From positions 212,773 through 276,772 of IMG/VR virus record IMGVR_UViG_3300027710_000011: 64,000 bases of DNA; one strand, written 5' to 3'. Each line of letters opens with the position of its first letter. Positions within the stretch are counted from its first letter, which is position 1. Under the pieces are notes generated by a model, which was given only the letters and a program-made list of their open reading frames with translations, searched no databases and was not told where the DNA came from. The translations under genes and the position numbers were made by a program. Of this stretch, positions 38,283 through 47,265 are shown piece after piece.

Positions 38283-39527
38283 TCACGAACCAAAACCACC
38301 GCTGTTGGTAAGCCAGCTATTATCTTGGTTACCTTGGTTGTTATTGTTGTTCTTATTTGAAAAGAACCCAGCAACTTGACCAATGGTTCCGACCACTCGA
38401 GGATCGAGTGTTCTGTTTTTCTTGGTAACAGATGGTTGGTTGTAAGACTCTTGCCACAGACGCGGGAAGTTAATCTTCAACTGAGCGTCAACAGTTGTTT
38501 CACCAAACATCAAAGCAAGGCCTTGCACCTTATTTCGATCACCTTCCACCAAGCTCTTGACACCGATAGCAATCAGCTCTTGAAACTCACGACTACCACC
38601 AAGAACGCGAAGCAAGTTAAAGGTGGTTGTACCGGTCGTTCCAGTGGCATCGCCAATCCGGTCAATGACGTTCCATTTTGAATCGGTGTTTGTAAAGATA
38701 CCAATCAAATTAGCATAATCATTAACCTGGGCACCAGTGTTACGGCCGTAGTTGTCATAACGGTAACTCTGCTTGATTTGACCAGCATAGTTAGGCAAAA
38801 CAGCACTAAGTATTTGCCCACCCTGACCTTGCGTCAACTGAGACAAATTACCAAGATCACCGTTCTTGACCAGAACAGGTCCAGCGGCTGCTGCAACCTT
38901 AGTGAGCAGTTCTTTGTTATCAGTAACTGCCGAGGAAGCTTTGGTGAAGAAGTCGTATGACTTTGGAATACCGAGATCACTACCCTGTGTGATGCCTCCG
39001 GACAGCATGGCCGCATGCGCATCAACGTCGTACGCATAACACATCCCATCAGTGCTTGCATTCAGAGATGTGAGATTGAACGAGTACGCATTGACATCAG
39101 TAGCATAGCTGCTGAAAGCAGTCATGTCTCCAAAATTGGCAGACGGGACTTTAAAGCTGTCCGCACCCATCTTGAAGTCCATCGTTCCAGAATCTTTGAA
39201 CTTGTCCATAATGCCAGATTTGGCTTTATCAGACATATCCCTCAAACTAGAACCAATACCGGGTGCCGCTTTGAGCAAACGTCCAGTAATGTCACTGGTG
39301 TTTAAACCAAGACCACCAGTCTTGGTCATGGACAGCAAACTACCTGCTGAGCCAATAGCACCTTTACCGCCATTAGCCAGTAGCTTAGAGATATCAAATC
39401 CTAAGCCAGTGTCTTTTTTATCGATAATGCTGTTAACGACGTTCTTACCACTGGCAGAGTAAACGTCGACAGCCGCCAATGTGTCTGACGGTCCAGAGGA
39501 AAACGTGGTTGAAGCCAACGGATTCAT
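38283..39527 (-). CDS. Putative virion structural protein (414 aa)
   Basis: GGAG RBS; N-terminal LASTTFSSGPSDTLAAVDVY motif; Gly/Ser/Asn-rich. Confidence 0.6.
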   Translation of the reverse strand: MNPLASTTFSSGPSDTLAAVDVYSASGKNVVNSIIDKKDTGLGFDISKLLANGGKGAIGSAGSLLSMTKTGGLGLNTSDITGRLLKAAPGIGSSLRDMSDKAKSGIMDKFKDSGTMDFKMGADSFKVPSANFGDMTAFSSYATDVNAYSFNLTSLNASTDGMCYAYDVDAHAAMLSGGITQGSDLGIPKSYDFFTKASSAVTDNKELLTKVAAAAGPVLVKNGDLGNLSQLTQGQGGQILSAVLPNYAGQIKQSYRYDNYGRNTGAQVNDYANLIGIFTNTDSKWNVIDRIGDATGTTGTTTFNLLRVLGGSREFQELIAIGVKSLVEGDRNKVQGLALMFGETTVDAQLKINFPRLWQESYNQPSVTKKNRTLDPRVVGTIGQVAGFFSNKNNNNNQGNQDNSWLTNSGGFGS

Positions 39528-39567
39528 TATTTTTTCTCCGTTTTAACAAAAAAAGAATGTACTACAT

Positions 39568-39608
39568 CATAAGGAGTCTTGATAACCCTTTCGAGTTATC
39601 AAGACTCC
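39568..39608 (-). terminator. Hairpin terminator ending TTATG on the minus strand
   Basis: GGAGTCTTGATAAC-CCTTTCGA-GTTATCAAGACTCC, a perfect 14-bp stem. Confidence 0.75.
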
Positions 39609-39616
39609 ATCATGCA

Positions 39617-40204
39617 TCACTCTTCTCGCTGATCCCGGCAACCCTGGGGAGGATTGCCATTCGCAACGTTCTGAGCGTAACGAAGGGCCGCTGCTTTCCA
39701 GCTTTTAGGGACGGTACCGTTCTTCAAGGCAGCTCGAATCTCTTCGAACCCTGCAGTAAGCCAAGCGCTTTCGCGCGGCGTAACAGTTACGTACTTCTCT
39801 GGATCAGAGCGATCCGGGAACAAGTAGTAATGCTTGAAGGGAAGTTCGGACTCCATGATCATGTCTGAAAGATTGCGATCCTGGATGATCTTCTGGTAAT
39901 TGCCGGCCATGATGTCTTCACAGAAATGCTCGTACCAACGAGTGTGAAGATTGCTCGCGTGCTGCTTAGCCTTCAATCCAATCAAGTGACGAAGCTCTTC
40001 GTGACAAAAGCCTGTACTGACGTAGTGCCAGTATCCTTCCATAGACTGGAAGGAACCGTAATACGGATGAATGAAAGGCGAATGCGCAAAGTGGGACAGT
40101 CTCTTACCAATTAACGTCATGGCTTTACCGGCCAAGATGTTGATGTGGCTGAAACCGTCATTCTCAGGACCGTACGGCGATGGTTTTCTTTTCCTTCTTG
40201 CCAT
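39617..40204 (-). CDS. Conserved jumbo-phage protein, possibly NADAR-like
   Basis: DGFSHINI...LSHFAHSPF...YGSFQSMEGYWHY resembles the NADAR N-terminal motif; GGAGG RBS. Confidence 0.55.
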   Translation of the reverse strand: MARRKRKPSPYGPENDGFSHINILAGKAMTLIGKRLSHFAHSPFIHPYYGSFQSMEGYWHYVSTGFCHEELRHLIGLKAKQHASNLHTRWYEHFCEDIMAGNYQKIIQDRNLSDMIMESELPFKHYYLFPDRSDPEKYVTVTPRESAWLTAGFEEIRAALKNGTVPKSWKAAALRYAQNVANGNPPQGCRDQREE

Positions 40205-40214
40205 TTATTACCTC

Positions 40215-40787
40215 CTATGCTTGATCGGCAGGGGTATCTTCAGGGATGGTGATGGAGCTGCTGGTCAAAGGACCAAGCGGCTGAGAGGGTTCGTGTTGGT
40301 CATCATCACCCTCATTCAATTCATCCAAACCTTGGTTGTAATCCAAAGTCACCGTCGGTCCACGATGCTCAGACTGCATGCCATTACGGTGCTCAGCAAT
40401 GATCACGATTTGAAATCGTTTCCACTGCAAGAACATCAAGGTCTTGCAAAACACCTTCCAGGTCATGCTGCTTCGATTGAACTCTTTGTGCAAGTTCCCT
40501 CGAATGCTTGTGCGATCACGGCGGTTCAACTCAACGTGATCAATCGGAGGCTTGTTGGGATCAGTATTACGACTGTCCTTTTCACGTCGACGACGCTCAG
40601 CACCAGCAATCTCAAAACGAAGGTACTCCTCCATCAAGCTGTTCCAACGATACCCGTTGATACCCATATCGAACTGGATGATTCGAAACAGGTTGGTGAG
40701 TACGCCAGTAATGCCGGTAGCCGGTGGTGTCCGTGGTTTGCTACCGTTACCAGGTTTTTGGTAATACGATCCTTTTCTTTGCATCAT
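40215..40787 (-). CDS. Conserved hypothetical protein (basic core, acidic tail)
   Basis: RGNLHKEF..SSMTWKVFCK motif; tiles within the operon. Confidence 0.7.
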   Translation of the reverse strand: MMQRKGSYYQKPGNGSKPRTPPATGITGVLTNLFRIIQFDMGINGYRWNSLMEEYLRFEIAGAERRRREKDSRNTDPNKPPIDHVELNRRDRTSIRGNLHKEFNRSSMTWKVFCKTLMFLQWKRFQIVIIAEHRNGMQSEHRGPTVTLDYNQGLDELNEGDDDQHEPSQPLGPLTSSSITIPEDTPADQA

Positions 40788-40796
40788 TTCTACCTT

Positions 40797-41324
40797 TCAA
40801 TCCGCAAGCACAGTGGAAATGGCACTGTGAATGCTAGTTAGGTTGCCAAGTGTTCTCAGCAACATTCTGAAGTGATACTCTTCAATACCAGCTTCCGCTT
40901 TGGCTAGGACTCTTGCGAATCCTAGCATTGTTTTTGCTTCTATCACCAATTCCCCAATGGTACTTTGAGGAATGTAGTTTCCAGAAGCCGAGATGAAGAA
41001 CGAGTCCAGCTGAATTTCTATTTGGTTGAACGGAAACTCGCTGGATAAGAGCTGAGGTTTTGGTGCCCCCAATTCTTCATTGATCTTTCTCATGAATTTG
41101 AGAAACTCCAAAATGTCGTTGTGAGTTGTTTTCACAAAGACCAACCTGGCTTCCAACGGACTGTACTTCAGGTGGAGTTTTTCTTCTACTTGGTCTACCA
41201 TATTCTGGCAGGCTTCAACGACCTTTTCGTTGGTTGAAATTACGACAGGTCGCTGATTAAAACGTAGGGTAGCTTTGAATCTTTCGACACAAGCCTTGAT
41301 ATAACGGATGAGTCTTCCGTACAT
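40797..41324 (-). CDS. Hypothetical protein (175 aa)
   Basis: AAAGGA RBS; first gene after promoter motif copy 2. Confidence 0.7.
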   Translation of the reverse strand: MYGRLIRYIKACVERFKATLRFNQRPVVISTNEKVVEACQNMVDQVEEKLHLKYSPLEARLVFVKTTHNDILEFLKFMRKINEELGAPKPQLLSSEFPFNQIEIQLDSFFISASGNYIPQSTIGELVIEAKTMLGFARVLAKAEAGIEEYHFRMLLRTLGNLTSIHSAISTVLAD

Positions 41325-41423
41325 TTTGGTTGTTTCCTTTTGGATTAGAAGTCACACGCACTGAGCGCACGACTTGTTTTATGACTTATGTGTATGAGGT
41401 ATTACTCACGCATAGTCACATAA

Positions 41424-41448
41424 GTGATATGTAGCTGAAAGTAATTTC
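41424..41448 (-). promoter_or_regulatory. Putative phage early/middle promoter motif, copy 2
   Basis: Minus strand GAAATTACTTTCAGCTACATATCAC. Confidence 0.6.
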
Positions 41449-41469
41449 ATCCTATCTTTGGAGCTAATC

Positions 41470-41931
41470 ATGGAAGCTGGTACGGTAGTTGTTGATCCAT
41501 GCATCGACGCAGGGTCGATGACGGACGACCAAATTCTTGCACTCACTCAACAGACTCGCGTCAGGATCGTTAAGAACTTGGTGAACAAAACACCCGGTGG
41601 TTTGCCAGGTGATCAAGAAGAACGCGAAGCGCTTTTCAAAGCGATGGACGGCTTGGATAAAGTGGCACTGACTCGCAAGCGCATCGATGCCGATAAAGAA
41701 TCGAGCAGCGGTGTTTCTCACGCAGTTGGTTTGGTTGCCGCACTGCTTCGTCAATCCAAAACGAACTATAGCTTGGCCGACGTTGTTGACTCTGGTCGAG
41801 AAATTCCTCGACTCGGCGACGACATCCCGGACCCAGTCTTGGTCCCAGGTGAAACAGAGATCAACGCTGGTCAGTTGGATTACGATTCGTTCGTAGCAGG
41901 CCGCGCACAGCCAGCTAAAGCTGAGCAGTAA
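41470..41931 (+). CDS. Conserved hypothetical protein (terminase small subunit-like size and helicity, unproven)
   Basis: GGAG RBS before ATG 41470; helical core with a C-terminal LVPGETEI motif. Confidence 0.65.
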   Translation: MEAGTVVVDPCIDAGSMTDDQILALTQQTRVRIVKNLVNKTPGGLPGDQEEREALFKAMDGLDKVALTRKRIDADKESSSGVSHAVGLVAALLRQSKTNYSLADVVDSGREIPRLGDDIPDPVLVPGETEINAGQLDYDSFVAGRAQPAKAEQ

Positions 41932-41974
41932 CATATACAGGGTACTGGGTCGTATTGACCCAGTACCCTGTATG
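41932..41974. terminator. Bidirectional hairpin terminator with TATG on both strands
   Basis: ATACAGGGTACTGGGTC-GTATT-GACCCAGTACCCTGTAT, a perfect 17-bp stem. Confidence 0.8.
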
Positions 41975-41978
41975 ACGT

Positions 41979-42764
41979 CTATAGTTCCATCAGCTCTTCA
42001 TCACTGATGCTACTGTGCTTCATCTGCAATCGCCTAACATCATCAACTGCGTCACGAATGCAGAACATGTCGATGGTTAGAAAACGAATCGAGAATCCCG
42101 GAGAAGCTGCCAGTCGAGCTGCTTCAAAAGGATCAAGTTGCATTTCAACCATCTTCTTGTTCTCTTCAGGTGTTGGAAGTTTTTCCAAAAGCCTGGGAGC
42201 ATAGATGATCATGTTTGGCATCCTGGTGACCTTGAATGCTTCACCGTGCATTCGTAGCCAATCAGGAAAGTCGTACATCACCAACACAGCGTATTGGGAT
42301 TTACAAATCGCTGGAGTGAGGAACTCGTTCGGAATACTGACGACATTGAACTCAGCTGCGTCGCCGATATGGAATTCCAAAGCACCAACAAGATCACTCT
42401 TCTCTTCTTCATCCATCTGATAAGGATGAATGTTGATGTCAAAGATCATTGCTGTCGGAGCGGCACCTGCAAAAACTTCTTCAGCCGCAGACTTAATGAA
42501 GGACGCCATCAGCAGAGTGATCTGAGACATCATGGAGCACTTCAATGTCTCGACATCACGCTTTTTGTAGAGTTCAACAAACTCATCGTGATCAACACCG
42601 TCAAAGCGATCTTGAATACGTTCGAAATATCTGCGTCCTTCAAGAAGCTTCTCTAATTTCTCTGGATACTTCTGCGCAATCACGCCTAAACGTGTATCGA
42701 GCAGAGCATCCAGAGAAACCATGATCTTATCGACCGTTGGCGCGGGAGCTTTCTCCTGACTCAC
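41979..42764 (-). CDS. Conserved hypothetical protein with a degenerate HAD-like N-terminus
   Basis: IMVSLDALLDTRLG motif; start set at GTG 42764, which has a GAGGA RBS. Confidence 0.65.
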   Translation of the reverse strand: MSQEKAPAPTVDKIMVSLDALLDTRLGVIAQKYPEKLEKLLEGRRYFERIQDRFDGVDHDEFVELYKKRDVETLKCSMMSQITLLMASFIKSAAEEVFAGAAPTAMIFDINIHPYQMDEEEKSDLVGALEFHIGDAAEFNVVSIPNEFLTPAICKSQYAVLVMYDFPDWLRMHGEAFKVTRMPNMIIYAPRLLEKLPTPEENKKMVEMQLDPFEAARLAASPGFSIRFLTIDMFCIRDAVDDVRRLQMKHSSISDEELMEL

Positions 42765-42766
42765 GT

Positions 42767-43270
42767 TTAGTTCCTCGCATGCGTCAAGGTAATGCCTTGA
42801 TTCCAATACATCAGAATCAGACTGACGCAGACTACCCAGGGATTACTGGAAAGCACTTCCAGGATTTCATCGTACGTCATCATGCGACTAGACAACTCTT
42901 CTGGCATCAAAGAAGAGTTGGTCTCTTGACAGAACAGCGCTCCGCTTCGAGCAATCAGTTCGTTCAGAGCTTCCAGATCTTCTTGCTTGTTGCTGTAACG
43001 AGCAACGAAAGCAGAGTAGATTGAGAAGATCAAATCACGAGTGTTGGCATTTGTGAACACCTTGCGATGATAGGTGTCGATACCGTCGACTGTCAGGAAA
43101 GAATACAGGAAAGTCTCACCTGTCAAGCTCAGCAGAAAAAGCTGTGCTTCTTCCGACAAACTCTTGTCAATACCGAGGCGTGCCAGTGATTGCGAGACTG
43201 CTTCATTCAGAAGAATGTTCACAGTCTTTTCAGGGGATGACAGTTGATACGGAATTACTTTCTCAGTCAT
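42767..43270 (-). CDS. Hypothetical protein (167 aa)
   Basis: AAGGA RBS; tiles within the operon. Confidence 0.7.
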   Translation of the reverse strand: MTEKVIPYQLSSPEKTVNILLNEAVSQSLARLGIDKSLSEEAQLFLLSLTGETFLYSFLTVDGIDTYHRKVFTNANTRDLIFSIYSAFVARYSNKQEDLEALNELIARSGALFCQETNSSLMPEELSSRMMTYDEILEVLSSNPWVVCVSLILMYWNQGITLTHARN

Positions 43271-43296
43271 ACTTGTCCTTTAGTACTCGATCAAGC

Positions 43297-43968
43297 TTAA
43301 CCCAAGGTGTTATCCAAGTGGCAACTGATCAAGTAGGTTTTGAGTGTTTGCGTGGATTCCACGCCTGAAGACAAATGCTCGATGGAGTCCTGATAGACCT
43401 TACCGGTACGCGCGATCGAATCATTCATCGCATTGAAGCCTTGACGATCACCACCGCGATACTTAATCAGCTCAGTGATCATTCGGTCAAGACCCTTGGA
43501 TGCCAGAATTTGAAGCTCTGGGTAGGAGATCTTCGAACCCTTGGAAGAACCAACAGGCTGACCTGTCAAGTTATCGACCGAGGATGTGTTCTCCGGAATG
43601 GTGATCTTCTTGACCAGCAGCTGTGCTTGACGACGCAGTGGAAGATCAACGATCAGGTACTTGGGGTTAGACAGGTAGGAAGGACTACCGGCTTTACCGT
43701 CCATCCAAACGCGCTCGAAGAAGTTGTGTCCCAGAGATGCAGCGATGTTGAAGTTGTTCTGAACATCGAGCTTCTTGGGACTTTGATTCGGAGCAAGAAC
43801 GCAAAGACGAATCTCACCGGTTTCCAGCTTCTTCATCCAGATACCGAACGCTTCATCGTCCATGCCGGCAAAGAGGCTTTCGTAAGCTTCCTTGTTTCCA
43901 CCGCCTGGGAGGATTTTCTCCACATGCTCAATGATAAAGCTTTGAACTGCTGCGCGATTACCAGCCAT
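43297..43968 (-). CDS. rpoB: Virion RNA polymerase beta subunit, C-terminal part (phiKZ gp149-like)
   Basis: LTGQPVGSSKGSKISYPELQIL corresponds to beta TQQP..G..GQRFGEMEVWAL; ELIKYRGGD resembles EMLTVKSDD. Confidence 0.85.
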   Translation of the reverse strand: MAGNRAAVQSFIIEHVEKILPGGGNKEAYESLFAGMDDEAFGIWMKKLETGEIRLCVLAPNQSPKKLDVQNNFNIAASLGHNFFERVWMDGKAGSPSYLSNPKYLIVDLPLRRQAQLLVKKITIPENTSSVDNLTGQPVGSSKGSKISYPELQILASKGLDRMITELIKYRGGDRQGFNAMNDSIARTGKVYQDSIEHLSSGVESTQTLKTYLISCHLDNTLG

Positions 43969-43979
43969 GATGTTTCCTC

Positions 43980-44486
43980 TTATGCGTAAGGTGTGTTGTC
44001 AGCAAACACAATGATGAGAGTTGTTTGAATACTCTTATCTGCGTTACTGATAGTGAACATGTGTTCAGCTCCACGAGATACAAGATCCCAGAAGACAATA
44101 ACACGTGTTGCATGTTTTTTCATATCAACGTTGCGAATGAAACCGGCCGCCTTTTTGAATTTATCCCAGTCCGCGGGGAATCTGGAGTATTTCCACCTAT
44201 TCACTTTAGCCCAGTGAATAACCATGGCGTCAGGTCCATCTAGTGCATCGCCACTAATGATCACACAATTTGACTTATCTAACTTGTCAGTTAGCTTTCG
44301 CATCATAAAGTCAAATTCATCATAGTTGTTGTAACTACGACTACCTGCCGCAACAATGCGTTGCTCGAAAGCAAACACATCGTCGCGGCTGACCAGGAGA
44401 TCCTGGTCATCTTCTTTATTTATTTCGGCACGTTTGCGGTACGGGCCAAGAACGGAGCTACGTTCTCGTCGATCAGAGTTTTCCAT
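43980..44486 (-). CDS. SLOG/YspA-like (DUF2493-type) nucleotide-binding protein
   Basis: IVAAGSRSY, IISGDALDGPD, FPADWDKFKKAAGFIRNVDM and VFWDLVSRGAEHM motifs; start uncertain. Confidence 0.8.
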   Translation of the reverse strand: MENSDRRERSSVLGPYRKRAEINKEDDQDLLVSRDDVFAFEQRIVAAGSRSYNNYDEFDFMMRKLTDKLDKSNCVIISGDALDGPDAMVIHWAKVNRWKYSRFPADWDKFKKAAGFIRNVDMKKHATRVIVFWDLVSRGAEHMFTISNADKSIQTTLIIVFADNTPYA

Positions 44487-44764
44487 TCTTCATGAGTCCC
44501 TTGATCGACGAGAAGGTAACGAGTCATGTCTGCCTTCGGATCATTCGTTTCAGCAATGATCAAGTGCAAGCACCGATTGACCATCATCCGACGCCAAGTG
44601 CCGGAAGAAGCCTTGTCGAAAGCACCAGGGCATTGAACTTGGAGTTCAGCTTGCCAGGCAGTTGGGTTCGGATGACCAGAAGCAGCCAGTGCATTGGTCA
44701 CGTCTTGAACAGGGTCAAAGAAAGCATCAATGACCGGAGCGAGTTGTTGAGGTTGTTGTGTCAT
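44420..44764 (-). CDS. Hypothetical protein (114 aa)
   Basis: Directly downstream of uvsX on the same strand. Confidence 0.7.
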   Translation of the reverse strand: MTQQPQQLAPVIDAFFDPVQDVTNALAASGHPNPTAWQAELQVQCPGAFDKASSGTWRRMMVNRCLHLIIAETNDPKADMTRYLLVDQGTHEEWKTLIDENVAPFLARTANVPK

Positions 44765-44780
44765 GATGGTCTAGTTCTAT

Positions 44781-46244
44781 TTAGCCGATAGGAAGTGCCG
44801 GAGTCGGGAGCTTCAGTTTTGCCTTCTGTTCTTCAGTGAACCAGAAAGGAACGTACGAACCTTCGCGCATCAACAGCAGATCCATGGTGGACAAGAATGG
44901 GAGATGATCTTTCTCGTCTTCCATTGGTACCCAGTAGTAACGGGTGTTCAGAAGAACGTTCCAGTCGTAGCCGATCTTGATCAGATCGTCGTACAGCTCT
45001 TTTGGAGTGCACAGCAAACCAGGACGCAGGTGGTGCCACAGGTCGTTCATCTGACACATCTCGGACGTGATGTTCAGAGCACGACGCAGTTCTGGATGAC
45101 GATCGATCTTGCCGCGAACCACAGTGCGCGACAGCTTGATCTCAGGACACAAAGCCAACGAGTAGTTGAGGTTGTTACCTTCCAGACCGTAGCGGCCGTT
45201 TTCCTTGATGTGGTGGAATTCAGTCAACGAAGCCAACACACCTTCTTCTTGCGACACGACGATTGGGAATGCCATGCCAGAAGGACCCGACTTGCTGCGC
45301 AGCTGCTTGACGGTCACAACGCACAAGTCGGTATCGTTCTTCAAGCTGTCATCCGTATCACGAGGATACTCAGGCGCCTTTGTTGAATCATTCTTCAAAG
45401 GAGCTGCGTTGTGACAATGCCAGCAGTTGTTCATCACGAAGGTGAACTTCTCAGGTGCACCCTTGATCTTCATGCCTTGAGGCATGTGCTGCAACTTCTT
45501 GGGCTTTGGATTGCGAGGATCCATGTTGAACTCGTCACCCAAGTGAGTCGACATCAGCACGAAGTCGTACGCGCCGTTGGCCAGGCCAGGGATTTCCATG
45601 AGGAAACGGTTCTTCTGCATACCTTGACGCATCGAAACCATGTTGGCACCAGCCTCACCCAAGCTGTTCTCGTCTTGCATCGTGATCACGTCTTGTGTCA
45701 CGAACTCACTGAAGCTGTCCACCTCAGTGAAAGTAGGCAGGGTCACGACCATGTTGGACTTGCCGTCACGGTCCACGAAAGGCGTGGTGACCTTGAACTT
45801 CTTTTCTTCCTTGCGCTTGAGCTGCAAGAATTCCTTGTACTTGTCGTAGAACTCGTCACCGGTATAGATGGTCTTGTCGGTGATGGTCCAGCGAGCTTGA
45901 ACTTCCGGATTGCTTGAATCCAAAATGTCAACGCCACCGAACAAGTCCTTGTACACTTGATAGTTCTTCAAGTGCCATTCATGAATGTTGATCTCGGTGT
46001 CGTACGTACGAGCAATCGAGTTGTTGAACCGGGACATCGCTGCGAGCATCATGTAATGCATCAGCGTTGACTTGAAGTTGTTACCAATACCCACAACGCC
46101 AGTCAAGGAACCCAGGCCACCGTTGAGGATGTGTTCGCCGCGAACGCCCTTCTGGTACGAGCCAGTAGGGATGTCCATGCAGGCACCGACGTTAATCATG
46201 ATTTTGATAACGGGTGCTGGAGTGAAAGTGTTAGTAAATTGCAT
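44781..46244 (-). CDS. uvsX: UvsX/RecA-like recombinase (phiKZ gp152-like)
   Basis: INVGACMDIPTG, P-loop GIGNNFKST, YDTE, Walker B EVDSFS and RSKSGPSG motifs. Confidence 0.85.
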   Translation of the reverse strand: MQFTNTFTPAPVIKIMINVGACMDIPTGSYQKGVRGEHILNGGLGSLTGVVGIGNNFKSTLMHYMMLAAMSRFNNSIARTYDTEINIHEWHLKNYQVYKDLFGGVDILDSSNPEVQARWTITDKTIYTGDEFYDKYKEFLQLKRKEEKKFKVTTPFVDRDGKSNMVVTLPTFTEVDSFSEFVTQDVITMQDENSLGEAGANMVSMRQGMQKNRFLMEIPGLANGAYDFVLMSTHLGDEFNMDPRNPKPKKLQHMPQGMKIKGAPEKFTFVMNNCWHCHNAAPLKNDSTKAPEYPRDTDDSLKNDTDLCVVTVKQLRSKSGPSGMAFPIVVSQEEGVLASLTEFHHIKENGRYGLEGNNLNYSLALCPEIKLSRTVVRGKIDRHPELRRALNITSEMCQMNDLWHHLRPGLLCTPKELYDDLIKIGYDWNVLLNTRYYWVPMEDEKDHLPFLSTMDLLLMREGSYVPFWFTEEQKAKLKLPTPALPIG

Positions 46245-46393
46245 CTTGATCCCAGAGAAAGATTATCTGTCAGAAAATCCATGATTCACGTAAGAAAATG
46301 CATCTATAAGTTATGAAAGAATATCAATGCTGTGCTACAACTGATGTTGATTTTCTCAGCATCGTTCATCTTTGATCTTTACGGTGTAAGAAA

Positions 46394-47254
46394 ATGAATC
46401 ACACAACTTCTAATCCTGAATTCCGTACTTTGGAGCTGATTAACTCCCGCCTGGCGCTGGAGAGCACGGCTTTGGAGTCGTTCTCTGAAACAGTCCGCCG
46501 CATCGTTCCATCGCTGTCGTCTTCGCTCAAGACGTTCGCTGCAAATTCCAAGGCCGTTTTTGCCAATCAGCGCGGTGTGTCGAACTTCAACTACAGCGAG
46601 GCCGAGTTCGAAAGCCTGGTCCGTACGCTGGAAGGCCACAAGTACACCAATTTGATGGATCTGCGTTTCTATATCCCTGAAGGTTTCAAGGGAAACATCA
46701 CTGCTTATGCAGTAGCTTTGCAGAACGCTCAAAAGCACGTCAGCGCCACTGCGGCTGACGTCGTTGTTCCGTACAACATCTTCATCAGCAAGCTGCTGAC
46801 AAACCCGATTGCAGTCAAGGACACACGTCTGCAAATGATCAATCTGGGCAAAATCAAGCAAGCTCGTGAATTCTTGAAAGCTCAGTTAGGCGAGTACTTC
46901 CAACCCGGTTCCACTGCATCGACTTGCAAGCTCGGGGACGCTGTCACTAGCAATAGTGACTGGAAGCCGCTGCGCGAAACACTGAAGATCATCAACAACG
47001 ACTTTGATCCCAAGCTCGTGAAGCAGCTCAACAACTCCGTTGACGACAGCTCGATGCTTCTGGATGAGCTGAGCAATTGCACACGCGAAAGCGGCCTGCG
47101 TGACATCTCTCCACAAACGCTGCGCACGCTGGGCGACGGCACGCTGGAAGTCGCTCGTGAAGTTGAGTTCTTCTCTCTGGTGAACTATCAGATCGGCGTC
47201 TTGCTTACCGTGATGGGTCAGAACACAGAGTTCCTCAAGAAAGCTCTCAAGTAA
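46394..47254 (+). CDS. Virion head protein with a short propeptide (phiKZ gp153-like)
   Basis: N-terminal LALESTALESFSE cleavage-type motifs; YIPEGFKG; divergent from uvsX. Confidence 0.65.
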   Translation: MNHTTSNPEFRTLELINSRLALESTALESFSETVRRIVPSLSSSLKTFAANSKAVFANQRGVSNFNYSEAEFESLVRTLEGHKYTNLMDLRFYIPEGFKGNITAYAVALQNAQKHVSATAADVVVPYNIFISKLLTNPIAVKDTRLQMINLGKIKQAREFLKAQLGEYFQPGSTASTCKLGDAVTSNSDWKPLRETLKIINNDFDPKLVKQLNNSVDDSSMLLDELSNCTRESGLRDISPQTLRTLGDGTLEVAREVEFFSLVNYQIGVLLTVMGQNTEFLKKALK

Positions 47255-47265
47255 AGGAGAATGAC

